Assembly (NCBI GenBank): GCA_043754515.1
Contig: JAYUUO010000188.1
Span: 1 to 32,227 of the forward strand
DNA: 32,227 nt
Reading direction: 5' to 3'
Source: Armatimonadota bacterium
GTDB taxonomy: Bacteria; Armatimonadota; Armatimonadia; Armatimonadales; Armatimonadaceae
This document shows positions 9,160-17,786 of the stretch, in pieces. How positions within the stretch are numbered: position 1 is the stretch's first letter; the number at the start of each line of letters is the position of its first letter. Both the position numbers and the translations under genes were made by a program. The notes beneath the pieces are model-generated. The model worked only from the letters and a program-made list of their open reading frames with translations, did no database searches and was not told the origin of the DNA.

Positions 9160-9185
9160 CGGCAAGAATCGAGAGTAGCAACACG

Positions 9186-10124
9186 ATGACACGACGACAG
9201 ATACTAGCAGCGGGCGGCGGCTTGGTACTAGCCGGGATAGGATCGCCCGCCCGTGCCGCCCAACCGGGCTTCACTTTCGCGCACTTAACAGACACACACA
9301 TCCAGCCCGAACTCGGGGCTACAGAGGGCGTCGCGAAAGCATTCCGGGCGATACGCGCAGCGAAACCCGCGTTCGCGCTAATCGGGGGGGATCTTGTCAT
9401 GGACGCCGCCGGGGTGCCCCGCGAGCGCGCGGATCAGGTTTACGGACTATGGAAAGACGCGGCGGACGCGCTACCGATGCCGCTCTACTACTGCGTCGGC
9501 AACCACGATGTGTATCTGACCAGCGGTTCCGAGAAACTCCCGCCGTCCGATCCGCATTTTGGGAAGAGCGAGTGGATGCGCCGCGTCGGCATCGGGCGGT
9601 CATATAACACATTCGACCACGCGGGGTGGCGATTCGTGACGCTCGACTCGCTCGTGGTGCTACCCGGAGGCGGCTGGGAAGGGTTGATCGCGCCCGAGCA
9701 GATGCGCTGGCTCGACGATCTGCTACGTAGCACCGGGCATGAGATGCCGCTCGTTTTCCTGACACACATTCCGCTGATGACGCTATACGGAATGTACACC
9801 GGCGGAACGACCGTGCCGCTCGGCGCGGCGATGGTGGTCAAGAACGGCAGGGAGTTTCATGAACTGATCCAACCCTACAATGTTCAGGCGGTGCTTCAGG
9901 GGCACACACATGTCGTCGAGGAATGCCGCTATGCGGGAGTACGCTACATAACGGGCGGAGCAGTCTGCGGCGACTGGTGGAAGGGAAAGCGACTCGGCAT
10001 TGACCCCGAAGGCTTCACTATCGTGCGCGCCTCCGGCTCGGGACGTGCCGCGCGGCTGTCTTACGAGTATGTGCCGTATGGCTGGGACGCGGCGGCGCAC
10101 CAGAAGGAAAATGGCGGGGCGTGA
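9186..10124 (+). CDS. Tat-exported calcineurin-like metallophosphoesterase
   Basis: MTRRQIL twin-arginine signal; DTH, GGDLV, GNHD, THIP and GHTH metal-binding motifs. ATG at 9186 preferred over 8991. Confidence 0.92.
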   Translation: MTRRQILAAGGGLVLAGIGSPARAAQPGFTFAHLTDTHIQPELGATEGVAKAFRAIRAAKPAFALIGGDLVMDAAGVPRERADQVYGLWKDAADALPMPLYYCVGNHDVYLTSGSEKLPPSDPHFGKSEWMRRVGIGRSYNTFDHAGWRFVTLDSLVVLPGGGWEGLIAPEQMRWLDDLLRSTGHEMPLVFLTHIPLMTLYGMYTGGTTVPLGAAMVVKNGREFHELIQPYNVQAVLQGHTHVVEECRYAGVRYITGGAVCGDWWKGKRLGIDPEGFTIVRASGSGRAARLSYEYVPYGWDAAAHQKENGGA

Positions 10125-10649
10125 CCAGCACGGCGATCCGTTCTGGTGGCAAGAACGGTTCGGGAAAGACCAGGGGTGCTCGGATGGGTGAGTCTTCCGC
10201 GGCGCGGCGTGTGGGGTGTGATCCCCGACAAGGCCGCGCGGTGACAGCCGGATCGGATTCGCCCGGTGTCACGGGCGGGGCCGCGCCGACACCGACCGTG
10301 AAGTTCGTCCGCGCGCACGCGTCGCGGACGGAACCGGATAGGCTCTGTTACGTGGTTGTGAAGCAGTACGAGCCGTGGACGGGGCGTGCGCTCAAGCCGT
10401 CACCTCGGCCCCTTCGCCTGTCCGGCAGGACGTCGCGTGGCGGGCGAGCCGCCAAGCACTGGTCGCGCGGCGCGTCTTGCGACAGCTGTTCCCCAATCCA
10501 AAAGGAGAGGGTACGGCACCGCTGACCCTCCGAGACGTTAAACGGCTGAATGCCGCGATCTCTCGCGCTAGAGCAAGCCGGGATGAAGGCGGGGGAACGT
10601 TGATCGCCGCGCAAGGGTCCGAACGATTTAACGTTTTCTTAACGTTCTT

Positions 10650-10832
10650 TAGGAGTTACGCGGTTCGTCAAGGAACGCGGGCTGAAACCCACGTCATCGG
10701 CGAAACAAGTACAGTCAAAACTTGTTTTGACGATTGCCTATCTAGACGCGTTCCGCGCCGGACGTCGGGTACCCGCTTGCGGGTGGGACGGACCGATCCG
10801 GGCATCCGAAACCGCCAACCGCGTAACTCCTA
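10650..10832. mobile_element. MITE-like element, 183 bp, with perfect 16-bp terminal inverted repeats
   Basis: TAGGAGTTACGCGGTT (10650-10665) and AACCGCGTAACTCCTA (10817-10832); internal hairpins; no convincing coding capacity. Confidence 0.65.
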
Positions 10833-10926
10833 GCATTGTCACGCGGGGCGGCTCTCGCCCCGCATGACGGTTCCGGGAGTGTTGGAGGGAGGGGTGGGAG
10901 ACACCCCCGGCACCCGAGACGAGACG

Positions 10927-11187
10927 CCCCCCCTCGCGCTTGACACTCAGGATAGACATGAGTATGCGTGGCACGGGGTGGGACGCGCTTACAAAACTGT
11001 TCCTCCTGAATTTGGAGGCTCTACAATCACCATCATTATCGACAAGAACAACACCATCCAGTCTTATCTCATCGGGAAGTGCGACGGTGCCCGCCTTCGT
11101 CATGCCATCGGAAGGCTCCAGACCGACAACCCACGTTCCGCACCCGAAAGAAAGGGACTTTTGACTCAACGTTCCGCTAGAAAATGA
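10927..11187 (+). pseudogene. C-terminal fragment of a thioredoxin-like (TlpA/redoxin) protein
   Basis: PLALD...VGRAY...TITIIIDKNNTIQSYLIGKCDGARLRHAIGRL resembles the redoxin C-terminal half; no CxxC or N-terminal half is present upstream. Confidence 0.45.
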
Positions 11188-11274
11188 CGCCCAAACCATC
11201 CCTCATGCACGCCGAGATCGTAATCCTTGAAGCATGTCAGGCGGGGTCCTTGCAACCCGGTATCTTCGCGCGGG

Positions 11275-12954
11275 CTACTTGCCCGCGAGCATCTCCCGCG
11301 CGTGTGTGAGCACCGTGTCCGTCTCCTCGCCGCCGAGCATACGGGCTATCTCGCGCACCCGCGCCTCTCCGTCCAACTCGCGCACCGACACCACGGTCTT
11401 GCCCGCCTCGGCCCGCTTTTCGATCTGGAAGTGACGCGCGCCTCGGGCCGCAACCTGCGGCAGGTGCGTGATGCAGAGCACCTGCGCCGTGTGCGATAGG
11501 CTCGCCAGTTTCTCGCCCAGGATCGTGCCCGTGCGCCCGCCGATCCCGGCGTCTACCTCGTCGAAAACCAGCGTAGGCACCGACAGGATGCGCGACAGCA
11601 CCGACTTCATCGCCAGCATCACGCGCGAGATTTCGCCCCCCGACGCTATTTTTGCGAGCGGCTTGAGCGGGACGCCGGGGTTAGGCGAGATAAGAAACTC
11701 CACCGCGTCCGCGCCATGGCGGGTCGGCGGTTTCGGCTCGATAGAAACGGAGAAGCGCGTCGCCGCCATCGCCAGATCCTTCAGTTCACGCAGGATCGCG
11801 TCCGCGAACGGCTCCGCGCCCTTACGCCGCACCTTCGTCAGTTTCGCGCAGACCTTCTCCAGATCGCCCCGCGCCTTCGCCTCCTGGGTCATCAGTTCGG
11901 CGATGCGCTCCTCGGCGTTGGTCAGCGTCTCCAGCCGCTCGCCGATCTCGGCGCGGTAGCGGAGCACCTCGTCAAGAGTCGCGCCGTATTTGCGCTTCAA
12001 CGTTTTCAGAGTATCCAGGCGCGCCTCGATCTCCTCAATGCGTTGCGGGTTGAACTCGACCCCGTCGCGGTACGCGCGGGCGTCGCGCGCCGCGTCATCA
12101 GCGGCGTAGAGCGCGTTCTGTAATGCTTCGAGAAGCGGTTGCAATGTGTCGTCGAAAGCCGTCGCCGACTCGATCTCGCGCACGGCTTGACCAAGCAGGT
12201 CTACGGCACCGGTGCTCGCGCCGCGCCCCTCCGCGCCGCGCAGGGCGATCACCGCGCCGCCCGCCGACGCGAAAAGCCGCTCCGAAGCGGCGAGCCGTGT
12301 CCGCTCCGTAATCAGCTCGTCCTCCTCCTCGACACGGGGGGCGGCGTTGTCAATCTCTTCGCACTGATACGCTAGTAGGTCGAGATTGCGTACCCGTTCG
12401 CGGGCGTCGGCGCGGAGCGATTCCAGCTCCTTCGTCGTATCGGTCGCCTTCTGGTACAGCACGGCGACCTGTGCTTTCAGTGGCTCGACATCCGCGCCGC
12501 ACCAGGCGTCCAGGATGTCGCCGTGCCGCTCGACCGCGAGCAGGGAATGATGCTCATACTGACCATGTATATCCACCAGCACTTCTCCGACGGCGCGGAG
12601 CGTGGACAGTGTGGCGGCACGTCCGTTGATGCGCACGGACGATTTGCCCGCCGTCGTCACCTCCCGCGCCAGAATGACCACGTCATCCTCGATCTCGATC
12701 CCGGTCGCTTCCAGCGCGTCCCGAAGGCGGGAATCTTCCGCGTCCACGGCGAAAACGGCTTCCACCCGCGCCCTATCCGCCCCATGCCGGATCGCCTCAG
12801 ACCCGACCCGCCCGCCGAGTGCCATCCCGAGCGCGTCGAGCAGAATGGACTTGCCCGCGCCCGTCTCGCCCGTCAGGATGGCGAGGCCCGAGCCGAAATG
12901 CAGGCGCACGGATTCCACAAGGGCGAAGTTCTTGACGGCGAGTTCGGTTAGCAT
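11275..12954 (-). CDS. recN: DNA repair protein RecN
   Basis: MLTELAVKNFALVE, TGETGAGKS (Walker A), LVDIHGQ, KPLAKIASGGEISRVMLA, LVFDEVDAGIGG, QVLCITHLPQVAA; ATG at 12954. Confidence 0.97.
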   Translation of the reverse strand: MLTELAVKNFALVESVRLHFGSGLAILTGETGAGKSILLDALGMALGGRVGSEAIRHGADRARVEAVFAVDAEDSRLRDALEATGIEIEDDVVILAREVTTAGKSSVRINGRAATLSTLRAVGEVLVDIHGQYEHHSLLAVERHGDILDAWCGADVEPLKAQVAVLYQKATDTTKELESLRADARERVRNLDLLAYQCEEIDNAAPRVEEEDELITERTRLAASERLFASAGGAVIALRGAEGRGASTGAVDLLGQAVREIESATAFDDTLQPLLEALQNALYAADDAARDARAYRDGVEFNPQRIEEIEARLDTLKTLKRKYGATLDEVLRYRAEIGERLETLTNAEERIAELMTQEAKARGDLEKVCAKLTKVRRKGAEPFADAILRELKDLAMAATRFSVSIEPKPPTRHGADAVEFLISPNPGVPLKPLAKIASGGEISRVMLAMKSVLSRILSVPTLVFDEVDAGIGGRTGTILGEKLASLSHTAQVLCITHLPQVAARGARHFQIEKRAEAGKTVVSVRELDGEARVREIARMLGGEETDTVLTHAREMLAGK

Positions 12955-13035
12955 GGGTGTACGCGCTAGATTATACCCGTTCGGCGGAGCGGCACGCAAA
13001 ACGGTTGTTTGCGGCTCGTGTCGGAGCAAAACTAC

Positions 13036-13611
13036 TCACGGGTTCAACCAGCGAGCCGAGACCGAGCCGTCCTCCGCGAACTCGTGGCGGGCGCGGTCGT
13101 GCCCGCCCCGCGACAGGGACAGCCATTCCAGCGCGGACAGGCGCAGACGGCAGACTGCCAGATTTTCGTACGCGTCGGCGGGCGATAGCAACACAGACTC
13201 GGTGCCTTCGGCGGCTCTCCCGCTGCCAGGCGCGAACGGCGAGCGGTAGTTCTCGCGACTGATCGGTTGCATCGTCTGCCACACCGTCGCGCTCACCGGG
13301 TCATTGCAGTGGAGCGAGACGATGCCCCACGCGCGCACCTGTATCTTTTCAGCCTCGCCGTAGAACACGGCGCATGCCGCCGGCTTTTCACGCATTTCGG
13401 CGATCTTGGGCGAGCGGACATCGCTGTTGAATTGAAGAAAACGGGCATCACGGTCGGCCCCGCGAAGCACCATCGTCCGCGCCTGCGGGAGGCCGTGTAT
13501 GTCCACGGTGGCGAGTGTACACACGTGGAACGGGTGGCGTCGGCTCGCGACGGCGGCAACGAGTTCGAGCCAGGTCCGGTCGTAACCGGCAATTAGAGCA
13601 GGGTCATTCAT
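13036..13611 (-). CDS. Pyridoxamine 5'-phosphate oxidase-family FMN-binding protein
   Basis: HPFHVCTLATV, PQARTMVLRG, SDVRSPKIAE, KIQVRAWG and C-terminal WLNP; alternative GTG start at 13626. Confidence 0.88.
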   Translation of the reverse strand: MNDPALIAGYDRTWLELVAAVASRRHPFHVCTLATVDIHGLPQARTMVLRGADRDARFLQFNSDVRSPKIAEMREKPAACAVFYGEAEKIQVRAWGIVSLHCNDPVSATVWQTMQPISRENYRSPFAPGSGRAAEGTESVLLSPADAYENLAVCRLRLSALEWLSLSRGGHDRARHEFAEDGSVSARWLNP

Positions 13612-13685
13612 GTACACCGTCGGCACCGCGCCGCCCCCTCGGACGACACAGTCGGCTGAGGATTCGGCGCGGCATCATCTCGCTT

Positions 13686-14852
13686 CTAATGCTTCTTCGG
13701 AGCCGGTTTCGGTGCGGGGGACGAGGGAGACTTCGCCATATTGCCCGGAGCGGCCGGGAGCACGTCGTAGACGATTTTCGCCGACGCGAGGACGCCCTGA
13801 CTCCACCTCCCGATGCCCTGCGGATCTTGCAACTGCCGATCCGTCCACTCCTTGACATAGGCGGTTTTTTCGGCAGCGGGCGCGTCAGACCCCTTCTGTA
13901 TCAGCCGGATGATGTGATAGCCGAACTTCGATTTAACCGGAGTCGGGACCATATCGCCGGGGTTCTTCAATCCGAACACGATGATCTCGAACTCAGGCTC
14001 CCACTTTTGTTTGCCGGTATAGGGAAGCACCCCGCCGCCCGCCGCGCTCCCGGTGCCATTCGGACCCTTGTCGGCGGAATATTTTCGGGCGGCATCCTCG
14101 AACGTGATCTTCTTGGCGTTTATATCGGCGATGATTTGTATAGCCTGCGCCTTGGCTTCGGAGTCGCGTTTAGCCTGCACTTCGGGAGCGTCCGGTGCCG
14201 CGTCCGGCTTCACATCCAGGTTGACGGTCGGGATCAGAATATGCGCAATCTTTATCTGCCCTTCGAGGCTCGGGGTAGTCATCTCAATACGTTTCTGGAA
14301 TGTTTTCCGGGCGAGGAGGCCGAGTCGCACGGTGTCCGAGACATAAGCGTCCGAGATCCCGTCGCGCCGCGCGATCACTGCCCAGGTCACCATCCCGTTT
14401 CCGCTTTCTGCTTGACGCTTAATGGCGTCTTCCTTTACTTTGATCACTTCGGCGGCGAGTTCGGCGGGAGGTATAGTAACATCATACTTCTTCGCCTCCT
14501 GCTCGATCACCTCCGTTTGAACGATCTGCTGGACCAGCGGTCGGCCCGCCCACGACTGGAGTTTTCGCGTCAAGTCGGCGTAGGTGATGTCTTTGCCGTT
14601 CACACGGGCGGCTACCCCGGCGGGCAGTTTTACCAGGGGCGGTGGCCCGGGCATTATTCGCGGCGCGGGTGCCGGGGGCATCGCCTTCGGCGCGGGCACG
14701 GTCGGCGGTGTTCCGGGCGCGGGCACGGTCGGCGGCGTGACTAGTTTTTGGGCGGGCGGCGCGGGAGCGGTTTCATCCCATGCGAGTGCGGGAATGGCTA
14801 AAGCGAGTAAGGAGACGGTCATCGCGATATAAACGGTACGGGAAAGGAACAT
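13686..14852 (-). CDS. Secreted parvulin-type peptidyl-prolyl isomerase (PrsA/SurA-like foldase)
   Basis: Signal peptide, Pro-rich linker, AARVNGKDIT, IAHILI, FEDAARKYSAD, GGVL, PVKSKFGYHII. Confidence 0.9.
   Translation of the reverse strand: MFLSRTVYIAMTVSLLALAIPALAWDETAPAPPAQKLVTPPTVPAPGTPPTVPAPKAMPPAPAPRIMPGPPPLVKLPAGVAARVNGKDITYADLTRKLQSWAGRPLVQQIVQTEVIEQEAKKYDVTIPPAELAAEVIKVKEDAIKRQAESGNGMVTWAVIARRDGISDAYVSDTVRLGLLARKTFQKRIEMTTPSLEGQIKIAHILIPTVNLDVKPDAAPDAPEVQAKRDSEAKAQAIQIIADINAKKITFEDAARKYSADKGPNGTGSAAGGGVLPYTGKQKWEPEFEIIVFGLKNPGDMVPTPVKSKFGYHIIRLIQKGSDAPAAEKTAYVKEWTDRQLQDPQGIGRWSQGVLASAKIVYDVLPAAPGNMAKSPSSPAPKPAPKKH
14689..14735. repeat. Intragenic direct repeat (27-bp period) encoding PPTVPAP twice
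   Basis: ggcgcgggcacggtcggcgg at 14689-14708 and 14716-14735. Confidence 0.8.
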
Positions 14853-15035
14853 ATGCGGCGATACCCCGGACGGAACCTCGTTCCACCCGCGTCATTACGA
14901 GACGTTTCATAGTGAGATGCGGGGGACAGTTCCCCGGCTAAAGTTGCTGGGGAATGGTATCCGAAACCACGCCACCGGTCAAGTTATCGGGCGGCTCCCG
15001 TGCGACCACCGTGCGCGTGACCCGCCCCCATCTAC

Positions 15036-15604
15036 CTATCGCACAGTAGTGCTAAGGCTCCGCGCTCCTTCGAGGTGCTTCTTATCCACCTCGGCGAACT
15101 GCTGGAGGAATTGTTTGATTCGCGGGTCTTTCGTCCGCGCCAGTTCCTTTTTCGAATCTTTTTCGTCCTGCTGGTTGATCCGTAGGGCCTCCCGGACGTA
15201 CACCTTGTCGAACGTCACACCTTCCAAACGATCTAGTCTTGCGAGGCGCGCCTGATCCTTCGCGGTCATGTTCGTGGGAAGCGTGACGCCCTCGTCCTGG
15301 CCGAGTTTTATCAATGCCGTATCGAACTTCTCGTGGTCTTTCACCAACATTTGTGCGTACTGCCTGACGGCGGGGCTTGACGCTTTGCTAACCGCGAGTT
15401 TGGCGGTCGCGAGTTCGTATGCCGCGCCCTAGGCGTCGCTCGTCAGATACTTTTTATCCGGCTGAAGTGATCCCGCCCGCGGGGTTCGCCGTGGTGCCAC
15501 CCTGCCCCAGTGCCGTGCCGCTACTCTTGGGCCATAGCCGTTAGCGGGAAGACATGCGCCGGCACTACGACGGCAAGAGGTGCGATGGTGCTGCTCCGTG
15601 TCAT
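15036..15604 (-). pseudogene. DUF4142-domain secreted protein, decayed
   Basis: ATG at 15604 with AAGGA SD gives a signal-like MTRSSTIAPLAVVV...AMAQ. Two frame changes lead to DKKYLTSDA*GAAYELATAKLAVSKASSPAVRQYAQMLVKDHEK...FDKVYV...HLEGARSL, with an in-frame TAG at 15429-15431. Confidence 0.85.
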
Positions 15605-15779
15605 CTTTTTCGTTCCTTTTCGGGCCCGCGCTACGATGTCCAGGTCGCGCCGTTTGATGTCGCGTCTCTCTCGCCGCGCTTCATCATTCCCGCGCCACGT
15701 TCGATATAAACGGGAGGGGCTTGACCTGCCGCGCCGGGCGGGATTGCCGGTGTTTCACTCGCCGTCGCCCTTTCTCACC

Positions 15780-15809
15780 TTGACAGGCGGATTCCGCATC
15801 GCGTATAAA
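15780..15809 (+). promoter_or_regulatory. Sigma70-type promoter candidate
   Basis: TTGACA, 18-nt spacer, TATAAA, ending 28 nt before the ATG at 15838. Confidence 0.55.
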
Positions 15810-15837
15810 GCGGTGATCCACGCTCGAATCGCAGACC

Positions 15838-16338
15838 ATGAAATGCCGCTCTCCGCTCCGCTACTTCCACGCCCTCGGAGTCTACGTGGCGTGCGCGTCA
15901 CTTTTCGTGCCCCCGCCCCCCGCGTCCGCGAGACAGACGAGGCTAGTCACCTGCTCCGCCGTACTAACCGTCACGTTTACCGGACTCCGTAACGACAAGG
16001 GTGTACTGCGGGTGACGTTGTTCGACGACGCGAACGGTGGCAAGGGGTTTCCCGGCGACGCGAAATCCGCGAAGCAGTGCCGCGTTGTCGTTCTTGCCGG
16101 GACGGCGCGGGAGGCGACCGTCAGCTTCACCGATCTGCGCCCCGGCGCTTACGCCGTCGCCGCGTTCCACGACGAGAACGACAACGACAAGATGGACTTT
16201 TATTGGTACGGGAAACCAAAGGAAGGTTCGGCGACCAGCAATAACCCCCATCCTCGGATGCGTGCCCCGCGATGGGGCGAGGCTAGGTTCAATCTCCCAC
16301 GCGGTAGCAAAGCGATCTATCTTAGTCTGTTCTACTAG
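15838..16338 (+). CDS. DUF2141-family secreted protein
   Basis: LTVTFTGLRNDKG, GAYAVAAFHDENDNDKMD...PKEGSATSNN...PRWGEARF. Confidence 0.9.
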   Translation: MKCRSPLRYFHALGVYVACASLFVPPPPASARQTRLVTCSAVLTVTFTGLRNDKGVLRVTLFDDANGGKGFPGDAKSAKQCRVVVLAGTAREATVSFTDLRPGAYAVAAFHDENDNDKMDFYWYGKPKEGSATSNNPHPRMRAPRWGEARFNLPRGSKAIYLSLFY

Positions 16339-16445
16339 CGGCGGGTGGTGAGGACATGGCGACGGCTTCGGGACCAGACGGAATCCGTGAGCGATGCCTT
16401 GCCAAATCGCGATATTGCCTGTCTAATGAAAGCGAGGCCTTTTTC

Positions 16446-17171
16446 ATGTCACGTCTTTCTCCCCGCCGTTTCTCAGCACTACTCGCGGTAACCGTTCTCG
16501 GAGTCGCCGCCGTCACCTCCGCGAAAGGCGGATTTAATATGTCCGCCCCACAGCTGCCCGACGCGACTATCACGCCCGGCGACATGCTCCCCGTGACCGC
16601 GAAAGACATCTGCGTGCGGGGCTACGCCGGCAAGGTGCGTAACGTCCCGCAGGCGGTGAAGGAACAGGCGTACAAAAATTACGGCGTCACGCGCCGACAG
16701 AAGGGTGAGTACGAAGTGGATCACCTGATCTCGCTCGAGCTCGGCGGTTCCAACTCGATTCGCAATCTCTGGCCTCAGTCTTACAAAACGAAGCCGTGGA
16801 ACGCACGCGTCAAAGACAAACTGGAGAATGCACTCCACGACGACATCTGCTCGAACAAGAGCGACATCAGAGTGGTGCAGAGTAAGATCGCGGGGAACTG
16901 GATCGCCGCTTACAAGGAGCGTTTTCCGGATGATCCGGTCTCCAGATCCCCCACGCCCCGGCCCGGCCCCGTGGCATCCATCAGCGTCACCGGTACGCCC
17001 GCGCCCGTCGTTTCAACGGCCACGGCGGCGGACGGTCAGGTTTGGGTGAACACCCGCTCCGGTGTCTATTGGAAGTCCGGCTCGAAATACTACGGGAAAA
17101 CGAAAGTTGGCAAATATATGAGCGAGGCGGACGCGATTAAAGCCGGGTTTCACGCGGCGGGAGGACAGTAA
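16446..17171 (+). CDS. Secreted HNH-signature nuclease-like protein with a C-terminal VWVNT...MSEADA-x-KAG domain
   Basis: Signal peptide from MSRLSPRRFS; YEVDHLISLELGGSNSIRNLWPQ...KDKLEN HNH-like core; Pro/Thr linker; small C-terminal domain. Confidence 0.8.
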   Translation: MSRLSPRRFSALLAVTVLGVAAVTSAKGGFNMSAPQLPDATITPGDMLPVTAKDICVRGYAGKVRNVPQAVKEQAYKNYGVTRRQKGEYEVDHLISLELGGSNSIRNLWPQSYKTKPWNARVKDKLENALHDDICSNKSDIRVVQSKIAGNWIAAYKERFPDDPVSRSPTPRPGPVASISVTGTPAPVVSTATAADGQVWVNTRSGVYWKSGSKYYGKTKVGKYMSEADAIKAGFHAAGGQ

Positions 17172-17176
17172 CCACT

Positions 17177-17482
17177 ATGGCGGCATCAAATCACAAACTC
17201 ACCGCGCTACTCAAGGGGCGCGTGATCAGCGGCACGAGCGACAAAGACGGTGTGAAAACCTTGTCGTTCGCCGACGGCTCGAAAATGACTGTGAAAACCG
17301 CGCCGTCGAACGCGAACAGCGCGTCCACCGGCGGTGCCGTCGCGAAGGTCCGGCAGTCGGTCGAGCCACCGGTGCTGTCCCTAGATATGGACGCGGGAAC
17401 AACCACGGAGATCGCGCTCGCCGAGGCGACCTCCTCCGTGGTACTCCGCAGCAAGGACGACACGCTCGAATACGCGGATTAG
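17177..17482 (+). CDS. Hypothetical 101-aa beta-rich protein
   Basis: Starts 5 nt after the HNH gene, with GGAGGA inside the upstream 3' end; coding-like codon usage; weak two-fold internal repeat. Confidence 0.75.
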   Translation: MAASNHKLTALLKGRVISGTSDKDGVKTLSFADGSKMTVKTAPSNANSASTGGAVAKVRQSVEPPVLSLDMDAGTTTEIALAEATSSVVLRSKDDTLEYAD

Positions 17483-17603
17483 TCGCGGTTCCGTCGGGTT
17501 TGGCATTCTTTTCGAGGGCCGCGCTCACTCCGACTATCGCCGGGTTCGCGCAGCCGGTTCCGTAAACTCCCACACCGGATTATTCGCGCGGAAATGGCAA
17601 TCG

Positions 17604-17786
17604 ATGAAAACAGTCTTCCGGATCCTGGGATGGCTATGCCCGATGGCATCCCTTACGATCACTAGTGGCTACAGATTCGGGTTCACATCCCCGGTCACAG
17701 TGCTTTCTTTTCTAGCCATTGTCGCGTTCGCAGTCTCCGAGGTGATTGAGCCGTTGCTACTGATGGCTTCGCGGAGGCGACGTTGA
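17604..17786 (+). CDS. Possible small two-TM membrane protein
   Basis: 60 aa with two hydrophobic stretches and an RRRR tail; atypical codon usage, so uncertain. Confidence 0.35.
   Translation: MKTVFRILGWLCPMASLTITSGYRFGFTSPVTVLSFLAIVAFAVSEVIEPLLLMASRRRR

Noticed and set aside
10370..10412. GAGCCG...AC...CGG segment resembling group II intron domain V
   Set aside because: Lower stem has mismatches, the loop is not GNRA, and there is no convincing domain VI or intron-encoded RT
10650..10832. Retron msr-msd (a1/a2 repeats) or hammerhead ribozyme
   Set aside because: No reverse transcriptase in the window, and the CUGANGA/GAAA core is not correctly present on either strand
10121..10833. ORFs 10121-10525 and 10375-10833 as genes
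   Set aside because: No recognisable domain or convincing SD, and the second ORF reads straight through the inverted-repeat element
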